Source: Octopus bimaculoides (Eukaryota). From it: a stretch of 64,000 nt of DNA. The translations under genes and the position numbers were made by a program. The notes beneath the pieces were generated by a model. It searched no databases. It saw nothing but the letters and a program-made list of their open reading frames with translations, and was not told where the DNA came from. Positions 1 through 9,460 of this stretch are shown in pieces; position 1 is the first letter of the stretch, and every line of letters starts with the position of its first letter. The stretch lies in contig NC_068984.1 in assembly GCF_001194135.2 (NCBI RefSeq), positions 6,261,058 to 6,325,057 on the forward strand. Direction: 5' to 3'.

Positions 1-1
1 T

Positions 2-303
2 CACCTGCGAACCCATGGAAAACAAACCTCACCCAGCTATTCTGATTATATGTCTGTGCACACGTTTGAATGTGGTGTGTGCCAGAGGGTTTGCAAATCC
101 AATGGGGGTCTTAAAAGACATGTTAGGATCCACAATGAGCAGAACTTACTTGCAGGTATTGGTAGCGCAAATCAGAGGTGCAATCTGTGTGGGTGTTTTT
201 TCAAAACACTGTCTGGTTTAAAAAGCCACATCAGACGCCATGAAAGGGCTAAGGTGTAGGTGCAGGAGGTGGTCAAACTCTGTTTAAGGAGTAGACAACC
301 ACC
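2..303 (+). mobile_element. 3' end of a non-LTR retrotransposon ORF (probably RTE-like ORF2) with tandem C2H2 zinc fingers, truncated by window edge
   Basis: Frame open from nt 2: HLRTH (end of one finger), then FECGVCQRVCKSNGGLKRHVRIH and CNLCGCFFKTLSGLKSHIRRH, stop at 257-259, ~45-nt 3' UTR, then a (TA)n tail. Linkers are long and not TGEKP-type. Confidence 0.6.
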
Positions 304-330
304 ATATATATATATATATATATATATATA
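304..330. repeat. (TA)n microsatellite / retroelement tail
   Basis: Direct reading. Confidence 0.95.
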
Positions 331-332
331 CA

Positions 333-2710
333 CTAGCAGAAATACCCAGCATTGCCAGGGTTAAAGATAATAATGAGATGAGATTTCATTCAAAAATTTG
401 ATATAAGAGTTTTTTCATAATAATTATTGTGATTAATGATTCTAACATAACTGGCATAACCAATTATGTGAGATCAACTACAATAATATACAGGAAATAG
501 AAAATGCATAAAAGCAAGTTCTGATAAAACTTCTTTACATACAACATTATGAGTTTTTCACAGAGGTGTACAAATAAACAGATTTTTTTGAGCTTCCAAC
601 ACATGAACATCCAACATACAATTGTCCATGAGAGAAGCAAAGCTCCTCTGATTGCAAACCAGTTGCTGATAATGTCTGTCCATGCGATTTGTTGATAGAC
701 CTTGCAAAACTTAGTCTAACAGGAAACTGTACTATCTTAAATTGTACTGGAAAATGAGTAGGTATTAATGGAATTCTAGCAATGAATACATTATCACATG
801 CTCCAGAGAGTACAGTAGCTTCTATAATATGTGGCATCATTTTCTTCACAATAAGTCTTACTCCACTACACAATTTTAGAGGATCTAAATTTCTTAGAAG
901 CATTATAGGTGCTCCAAGTTTCAAGCCAAGCTTATGAGGAGGTAAATCTGATGGTTCCAGTGAGTTTTAAAATTCAACTGGATAATTTACTACTTGTGAT
1001 TGGTCAACAACAGTGTCACTAGATCTATATGATTGGCAATGTCCAAGAAGGCACTTTAAGAGTTCAAAGTTTATTTCATTCACTGTTGTATTTTTCGAGG
1101 CTAGAACTGCCCTTTCACTCAACCATTTGTGATTCTTATGTTGTGTACTGAGATTTGGGAAGACTTTGTTAATAAGTTCTTTCTCTGATTTCCCCACTGT
1201 GCAGATAGGTGATGGGTTTATTGCACCATTTCATTGTCTACAGATACTCTTCTTTTTCTCAGTATTAATAAGTCTTGAGCAAAGATGATAACACTCATGT
1301 TTGAAAATCCAAATATTCTCCAAAATACTCCATTGCTGCTGATGTATCTACTTTGTTGATATCTACTGATATCATCTTGCACATCCTGTCTTTGTAGAGC
1401 ATATATTGCAGCATCAGATCCTTTGTTTTCATATTTGAAGACATATTTAATGGATTACGCTGAGCTGCAAAATTCAACATTGATATGAGCATTAAATATT
1501 TTGAGTAACAATGGGCAATATGGAACAATCCACCTATTGTCAATATGAAGTTGTCCAACTTTTGCTTGGAAACCTCCATCTCCAGGTTTTCTTCTTCTGT
1601 AGGATGGATTAACATCATTTCAAAGTTCAGTATTTTTCAAAAAACTTCTTGGATATTTCTTTGTGCATCTATTGTTGTTCGTGAATTCTTGTTAAAAGCT
1701 CCACATGGGCCATGTATCATTTGAATCTTCACTATTTCATGCAATGCTCTGTCTTTGATGGATCAGGCAGCTCTGCAGATATTAGTTTGTCAATTTGGTT
1801 AGAGTGAAATTTTTCATGCAACCAAATAAGAATGTGTGCATGAGGTACTCCACGTTTCTGCCATTCTATAGTGTATAGATGACATCTGACTGGTCCAAAG
1901 ATATTTCCTTTTGTGATGACATTCATCAGTTTCAACATTGTCCTAGTAGTGAGGTCGTGTTTATTTACATGTGCTTGATGTGGAGGCAATTCATTTTGAA
2001 TCTCTTACCACTTTCGATTACATGTGGAAGTTATGAATAGGTCTGGTCTACCAAAGTTCCTAACATATGTCATGGCATACTGTATTCTTTCATGCTTATA
2101 TTTGGGGGCTACCAGTAAAGCTGGATAGAAAGATGCACAATTTCTCAATGTCTTCAGCAGCAACTTCGTTATTGATGCAGTCACATAAATGAATGTATGG
2201 CTCAGATATTAATTCTTTCTGGTGAGTCTTATGAATGCTAATATTTCTGCCTTGACTTTTTCATACATGTCCACAGCAAATTGATGGAACAAATTTTGCA
2301 TTCAGTGGAGTGAATTGAAATTGTCTTGATGAATCATAAAATGGTAGGAGTAAAAATCCATATATGAAACTGTTTTTCCGGTATTATCATTTTCCTCATT
2401 TTGAGAGATTTTAAAATGGTATCCATCTTCCCTATCCACATTAATTAAAGGGCATTGGTGAACATCATAAGAGTGATGTGTTTCATTTATTCTCTGTAAT
2501 TGATTATCTCTCCTCTGAAGGATTATGTCATGCTTACCATGCTTTTCTTCAGATATTACAATAGCAACTTCATTACTTTCAGGTGCACTATAGCGGAGTG
2601 AATGCGCTCCTGGTGGTCACTTGTCAGTATTTCTCTTCTACAGGCACATTTTCTAGGGCATATTTGAAACTTCTAATATAGCTGTTTCTTTTACATAACA
2701 CATCTTGTAG
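333..2710 (-). mobile_element. Degenerate, internally deleted Helitron (Rep/helicase pseudogene) with intact 3' terminus
   Basis: Minus-strand translation: Rep motif 1 FITSTCN (~2017-2037); HUH motif EWQKRGVPHAHILIW (1822-1866); MIHGPCG; motif 3 NPSYRRRK (~1587-1610); IDNRWIVPYCPLLLKIFNAHINVE; PIF1 helicase C-terminus LPPHKLGLKLGAPIMLLRNL...QFPVRLSFARSINKSHGQTL...FSHGQLYVGCS (547-966). Ends in CTAG (333-336) with a GC-rich hairpin at 345-360. Many stops and frameshifts. Confidence 0.95.
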
Positions 2711-3801
2711 TTGTAATATGATTTCATATTACATATCGTATACACAGTATCCGATACAAAGAAAATACCGTGGTTACTAGAGTAGATACAACAGCTACAG
2801 TCACAACAGTGGCCACACATTATAACTGTAAAAAACACCACATCATAACAACAATGAAAGGCAATGCTCCAGCATGGCCTCAGCCCCTTGCTGAAACCAG
2901 TAAAATATTAAAGATACTCATTAATGAATGCTGCTATCATGTGTGAATAAAAGAGTCATTATCAATATCATACTCAGGCCCTGTTGCACTATGAGATTGT
3001 GATAACAGAATGAGATTAGATTAGGTAATGTTCACTTGAAATGAAGGCCAATGAATAGTTAAAGGGTAAATGTGAGAGAGCATTAACAGTTCAAGATTAT
3101 TCTAGGAAATTGAAGTTCTAGTGAAAGGAGTACTGAAGAAAGTGGTTAGTGTGAAGTCAGTGAGGAGACAAAAATTGAGTAATGAAGGTGTTAAGCAAAG
3201 CTAGTGGGCTCAAGTGGGTGTGAAGTTCAAACGAGCAGAGAAGAGACACAGTCAGAATAAAGTTGAAGAATGTTTAGAGAGGGACAATTTTATTTATTTT
3301 GGTAACAAGCCAAAACATCTGTATATATGATATGTGAGTCCCAGATGCACGGGTATTATATTAGTGAGAAACAAATTCATGTAAATAATGCTAAATATAT
3401 TAGTACAAGATACATTTACAGGCAGATTTTTATTTCATTATGTGTATGTGCATATGTGTAGCAGGAAGGCATGTTTGGGCATGTGTATGCATGTGTTGCG
3501 TGTCCATTTTATTTCAATCTGTTGTATACGTAATTGAAGATGAAACAATTAGCTTTCAATATACCTCCTGGCAGCAGTTAATTTCAAACTTTCAATAACT
3601 AAAACAAAATCCTAATTAACACTATAGGGAACTTCATGATTTCCAAGCCACCATGGTGTCCATTGAGGTTAATGTAATACATTGGCTGGTTGATGAAATA
3701 AAATAGTTCTACAACTCTCTGTATACTGCATGTTTCAGCTTATTCGTGAGTATACAACTCTGATATATATATATATACATATATATATATAATTTATACA
3801 C

Positions 3802-4300
3802 AGGCACAGGAGTGGCCGTGTGGTAAGAAGCTTACTTCCCAACCACATGGTTCCAGGTTTAGTTCCACTGCATGGCACCTTGGTCAAGTGTCTTCTAATA
3901 TAGCCTCGGGCTGATCAAACCTTGTGAATGGATTTGGTAGATGGAAACTGAAAGAAGCCCATCGTATAGGAATCAAATTTAGACAAATCAAATTTACATA
4001 TACATTCAGCTGTAGATCCAACATGCATGAATTGCTCCATAAGTATACATCAAACATATTAGAAATATATAAATATATACACTAAAAATATATTGAAAAA
4101 ATATGTTGAAAAAATATATACATATCTGACAACTGATGTCAGTGTATTTACATCCCTGTAACTTAGCAGTTCAGCAAAAGAGGCCGTTAGAATAAGTACT
4201 AGGCTTACAAAGAATAAGTCCTGGGTTCGATTTGTTCGACTAAAGGCAGTGCTCCAGCATGGCTGCAGTGAAATGACTGTAGCAAGTAAAAGAATAAGAG
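3802..4300 (+). mobile_element. tRNA-derived SINE, family A (head plus body, AT-rich central spacer)
   Basis: A-box-like TGGCCGTGTGG, B-box-like GGTTTAGTTCC; head and body match the copy at 34917-35334. Confidence 0.85.
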
Positions 4301-4509
4301 AATATATAAATTTTGGCTAGCAAAGCAAGCCATTGTCAGACAATGACTTAGCTGGGTGAAACTTCGAGGAGACTGTCAAAGCTAAACATAAAAACAGACA
4401 CTGGTACATATTTATATATATATACATGGTGTGATGGGTAAATTGTTGCCATTTTATAGTCTTAATTTTGCACATGTGCATTGTTTGTTTTGATTTTGTC
4501 AACTACACA

Positions 4510-5251
4510 GTATAGTAGGGTCAGTTGGGCACCATCTGTGAGAAAAACAGCATCATGATGCAATTCACTCTGCCAGAAATTTGGAAACAACATGTTGTAG
4601 TGCTTGGCATTCATGCTGGGAGCTTAAATACGAACATTTAAGAGTATTTGGGTGTCAATCTGATGACATGTACCAAGAGTGATTAAAATCAAACATCCAG
4701 TCAACATCATGATGTTTGGAGTGATCATTAGTGATGGCAACATCATGCCATCATTTATCTTCCCACATGGCCTCAGACTCAACATGAGGCCTACATCAAG
4801 TGCCTGGAGGAGGTAGTGCTGCCCTGGGTCAAGAGGGCAGCTGCTGGAAGACCCTATTTCTGGCAACAGGATTCTGTCCCATGCCACACAAGCAGAAGAA
4901 CCCAGTTATGGCTGTCAGACAATTTCTGCAACCACATCACCCCTAACATCTGGCCACCTAACTCTCTAGACTGCAACCCCCTTGATTACTATGTGTGAAG
5001 CGTAGTTGAGCAAGAGGCCAATAAAACTCCTTGTAATACCAAAGATGAGTTGAAGGCAAGGGTTATGGCAGCAGTCAACAACTTAAACAAGGAGAATGGC
5101 CAGAAGAGTTGCAGGAGATTCTGAAGTCATCTGGAGGCGGTGGTTGAAGCCAATGGCGATTCTATTGAATAAATTTACTCTTTAATATTCCATGATATTT
5201 TTATGTAATTTTGGTAAATATATCTGTTAAAATGAGATGCTAGTGTATTTT
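4510..5251 (+). mobile_element. Tc1/mariner-superfamily maT (DD37D) transposon remnant, internally deleted
   Basis: KHPVNIMMFGVIISDG...WQQDSVPCHTSRRTQLWLSDNFCNHITPNIWPPNSLDCNPLDYYV; Asp codons at 4870 and 4984 are separated by 37 residues; C-terminus HLEAVVEANGDSIE* ends at 5172; first catalytic Asp region missing; right end runs into a gap. Confidence 0.9.
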
Positions 5252-5321
5252 NNNNNNNNNNNNNNNNNNNNNNNNNNNNNNNNNNNNNNNNNNNNNNNNN
5301 NNNNNNNNNNNNNNNNNNNNN
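5252..5321. other. Assembly gap
   Basis: Run of N. Confidence 1.
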
Positions 5322-5348
5322 NTATATATATATATATATATATATATA

Positions 5349-5470
5349 CTGGCATTAGGAAGAGCATTCAGCCAGTGACATGTAAAAGGCACTTATGCTG
5401 GTGACACATTGAAGGCACTCATGCCAGTGATATGTAAAAAGCACTCACTACCTGTTGGAGTAGTTGATGT
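5349..5470 (+). mobile_element. RTE LINE 3' UTR fragment
   Basis: Degenerate GCTGGTGGCACGTAAAAAGCAC modules shared with other RTE copies in the window. Confidence 0.6.
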
Positions 5471-5639
5471 ACCTGATTGATCCTAATGGTAGTGATGGAA
5501 TGTGAAGGTGGTTGTAGAAAATTTAGTAACAATAATAAATAGTTTATCATTATCTAATACAAACCAAAGTTAACAAATTCACCATTCAAAATAGTTACAG
5601 CCTAAAGGGAGATAATTGAGAAAGACTTGAAAGTTAACA

Positions 5640-5865
5640 TTAGATCGTAATCATGTAAAGTAAAGTAAATATAACAAATAATCCAGAATCCATGTCCAGA
5701 TTTGGATCGATCCCAAAATCTAATCAGTTCATGTAAGTCACGAGGCCAAACATCCCTGAAAGTTACATCTGAATCCATCTAGCGGTTCTTGAGATATCTT
5801 GTCTACGGACAAACAAACACGACTGAAAACAATACCTCCACCTTTGCTAAGGCAGAGGTATTAAT
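5640..5865. mobile_element. Probable non-autonomous Helentron/Helitron-like element ending in a hairpin
   Basis: Terminal stem ATACCTC...GAGGTAT (5832-5861); inner mismatches CACC/GGCA fit CpG decay of CGCC/GGCG. Classification from memory of similar elements. Confidence 0.5.
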
Positions 5866-6507
5866 AGTTGTTTTAACACACAAGTCTCTTTCAGGAGTTT
5901 TCCTTAGAGAAAATGTTACAGCTAGCACTGTTCTACAGTTGTACATACATTATAATTGTTATACATGATGTTATTTCAAATAATAGTTGTTTTAACAAAT
6001 GATCATTACTTCATGGTGTTATTTGAAAAGACTGATGGAATCTAATTAGTTTAAACAAAGATGCAACAATATGATGAATGTTATGTTGGTGAATTCTTGG
6101 ATATTTAACAAAATAACTTGCTGTTGCCAAAGTTTCAAGAAACCCTGAATGAATATTCAGCTTGTGATGTTTAGTGAGATAATATTATTGTATACATTAA
6201 TATTAGTAATATTAATGTACCCACACATCATTATGTTGCATGAATTTATCATCAACAGAGGTAGAATTATATATAAAAAAAAAGAAAATTACTTGGAGCA
6301 AAAGCAAATTAAAAATCTTTCAAAGCAAAGAATCTTCTTACATGGCTGTTCTTTCTCTATTGTCATGGCTTTTTACCTGCCAAGGTAGGTTAAATACAGT
6401 GAAGCTAATTAGATATAAGTATTTTTACATATATTCAGAAGATATCAATTTCTGGGAATTTATTTCCTAATTAAATCATAAATAAATAAATAGATAATAA
6501 TGAACAT

Positions 6508-6626
6508 TCTGGGTTCAGTCCCACTGCATGGCACCTTGGGCAAATGTCTTTTACTATAGCCTTGGATCAACCAAAGCCTTGTGAGTGGATTTGGTAGATG
6601 GAAACTGAAAGAAGCCCATCATATAT
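6508..6626 (+). mobile_element. SINE family A head (5'-truncated)
   Basis: GGGTTCAGTCCCACTGCATGGCACCTTGGGCAA...GGAAACTGAAAGAAGCCC. Confidence 0.85.
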
Positions 6627-7092
6627 AGGCCTGATCTTCCTTTCTTGGCCAGCCGTTGTGCGTGCAACATCAATATTCCTCCCTGTGCCTGTGAAATCTT
6701 GTATCCCTGCCATAAGGCTTTATTTCCACACACGCCAGCTTAATTTAATTCGTCCGTAGTCAAAAGACATCTGTTGTTATGTCCTGTTATTATTTTAATT
6801 TTTATTGTATTTGTGTAACATTCATTTTATCCATCCTTGCTTTTGTATACATTCGCTGCTTTCTTCCAAGAAATCTAATGCTCTAAGCTTAGTCTTTCCT
6901 TGGGGCTGGCCAGACAGGAGCAATATTGAGAATAACCAGCTGAAATTGCAAAGATAATCTGAATCTTGACTGGGGAAAGAAAACTCCGAATGACCTGTCC
7001 TTGTTTTCTTTGTATCGTCTATCTGGATGCTTTGTTGTCCCTTTCTTGTATTACTTAATTGTCTGGATGTTTTGCATTCTTGTCCCATTTTG

Positions 7093-7095
<3 letters not shown>
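6627..7095. mobile_element. Unclassified ~470-bp insertion between a SINE A head and body
   Basis: GC-richer block lying where the SINE central microsatellite normally is, followed by (TA)n; single copy in the window, so repeat status is inferred. Confidence 0.4.
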
Positions 7096-7151
<56 letters not shown>

Positions 7152-7159
7152 CGTATTAA

Positions 7160-7365
7160 TGTGTGTTTGTGTTTGTGTTTCTCTCCTGCTATCATCACTT
7201 GACAACCAATGTTGGTGTGTCTACGTCCCCATAACATAGCAGTTTGGCAAAAGAATCGATAGAATAAGCACCAGGCTTACAAAGGCTAAGTCCAGAGATT
7301 GATTTCTTCGACTAAAAGGCAGTGCTCTAGCATGACAACAGTCAAATGACTAAAAAGGTAAAAGA
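7160..7365 (+). mobile_element. SINE family A body
   Basis: CTTGACAACCAATGTTGGTGTG...GAATAAG...GCTCTAGCATG...CAGTCAAATGACT. Confidence 0.85.
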
Positions 7366-7392
7366 GCAAAAAAGTATATAATTCATAAACAG

Positions 7393-7555
7393 CAGGAGCA
7401 GGCATGGCTGGGTGGTAAGAAATTTGCTTCCCAAGCACTTATATTCAGGTTCAATATCACTGTGTTGTACCTTAGGCAAGTGTCTTCTACTATAGCCCAG
7501 CCCCAGGCCAACCAAAGCTTTGTGACTAAGCAAAAACTGAAATAAGACCACTGTA
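7393..7555 (+). mobile_element. SINE family A head, diverged
   Basis: GGCATGGCTGGGTGGTAAG...GGTTCAATATC...CCTTAGGCAAGTGTCTTCTACTATAGCC. Confidence 0.75.
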
Positions 7556-7709
7556 TACACACACACATACACACACATGTATATATATTAAGTCACAAAT
7601 GACAGAGAAATAGTATTAGGCATTCTATATGTTCTGTAGAATGATACATTAAGGAACTTTTTTTCATGAATGCTACCGGATTAATTGATTCCATACGTTG
7701 TGACTTAAA

Positions 7710-7713
7710 TGTG

Positions 7714-7757
<44 letters not shown>

Positions 7758-7810
7758 AGTGTGTGTGTGAGAGANNNNNNNNNNGTGTGTGTGTGTGAGA
7801 GTGTGTGTGT

Positions 7811-7851
<41 letters not shown>

Positions 7852-7852
7852 C
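7710..7852. repeat. Compound (GT)n/(GA)n microsatellite with 10-N gap
   Basis: Direct reading. Confidence 0.95.
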
Positions 7853-7904
7853 CCTTGTCCTAACATTGCGTGAGTGTTCTAAGTAAACATCATTCATTTC
7901 CAAA

Positions 7905-7946
7905 ACTCTATCAGGCCCATGCAACCATGGAAAAGGATCTTAAAAC

Positions 7947-7984
<38 letters not shown>
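7905..7984 (+). mobile_element. RTE-type 3' tail ending in (GAT)n
   Basis: CCCATGCAACCATGGAAAAGGATCTTAAAACGATGATG matches the terminal segment of RTE copies. Confidence 0.65.
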
Positions 7985-7985
<1 letters not shown>

Positions 7986-9188
7986 ATAGTGTTGTCAAAT
8001 TCTAATTCACTTTTTGAGGTATTAATTGTCATTAAACTAAAAAAATTGAAGAAAAAATCCAAAGAAATTTACTTGGTAAGATGCAAAACAGTACAAATAA
8101 AAAGCCTTTTGATAGTTCTTTCTGAAATAAGACTAAATCTTGTAGCTTGCACAGAAGTATGTCTATTTCCAGTTTTTAAGCCCTAAATCATTTTTAAACC
8201 TGCAGTTTCATGATTTGGCAACAACTACAGATATATGTAATATAGGACTTTAAAAATGAAGATAATAGGATGTGATTTAAGGAATATTTGCCTGTTATTT
8301 CTATCAGCAGTTGACTATTCAGAGTACCTCTCATTAACTGCTGTACAGATCTAGTTTGCTTTAGTTGAAGAGGCTGAGCTGACAGGCCTACAAGCATCAC
8401 AGAAGACCAGGTTATTACATACTATAACAAAAACAAATCAGTTTGAGAGAACAAGTCTCCATGCTATATACAACCCGCTATGAACAAACACAGCACTTGC
8501 TAATTTAAAGAGTCCTATACAGTGCTTAAGTGAGCAGCTAGCTGTTCTTACATTGTGTTATTTATATGCAACCAGGCAAATTGGAAGATTCCTGAACTGT
8601 CTTCACATCATAGCGTAATGACATGATACTAAACACCAAGCATTCTGAGCAGTTAATCTGGTACTCCAATCAACTCAGCTGTCTGCACACTTTTTCTGTG
8701 GAACAGTATAATGTACGTATGGAGGCAAATTAATTTATATTCACATGACATACAAAAAAAAATAAATAAAATAACAAAATCAAAAGCAGTGACAACGTTA
8801 ATATATTAAATGTCAAAGAAAAAAGAATGGAGGATAAGTCAACGTTTCAGACAGTGGTCCATTGTCATGACAGATGAGAAAATACACAAGATATTTATTC
8901 AAAGATGTAATAGGTTTGGTTGGCTGACAGAAAGTTGTGCAGTAAAGAAGTTGTTTGTTTAGCAAAGAAAAACTGAACATAGGTAGGGAAATAAGGTGTG
9001 CAGATGTTAAGAAGACAAAATGAAGAATATGTGAGACAGATTTGAGTGTATATAAAGTAGGTAAGGGGACAACATGAATTATGCATGGACTGTGTTTGTG
9101 TGTGTAAGCATAGAAACAGGTGTGGTGAATATAGTGTGTTGCTGAATGAGTAAAGAATTTGTGTATAAGTGTATAACAACATTTTCAA

Positions 9189-9460
9189 TCACTTTGACAA
9201 TGGCACTGCACATTTGTCTAGCTGACTGCAGTCATCTAGCAATATTCTCATGCAATGACACTGCTGTTATCTAGTTGACAACACTAATGTAGCAATGTTT
9301 CTATATGCATTGGCAATGATACTGTACATTTGTCTAGTTGACTGCAGTCATGTAGCAATACTTTCATCACTTTGGCAATGCTACTCCACATTTGTCTAGC
9401 TGACTGTAGTCATGTAGCAATATGTTCATACACTTTCGCAATGACAAAGCACGTTTGTTA
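9189..9460. repeat. Degenerate ~62-bp minisatellite, ~4.5 units, each with a palindromic core
   Basis: CTAG anchors at 9218, 9271, 9334, 9396; core TGACTGCAGTCA at 9223-9234 and 9339-9350. Confidence 0.85.

Noticed and set aside
50-259. Host C2H2 zinc-finger transcription factor gene
   Set aside because: No TGEKP linkers, and a very short UTR ending in a (TA)n tail fits a retroelement better; not fully excluded.
1295-1618. 107-aa ORF as a separate gene
   Set aside because: Off-frame shadow of the Helitron Rep region; the homologous frame reads IDNRWIVPYCPLLL.
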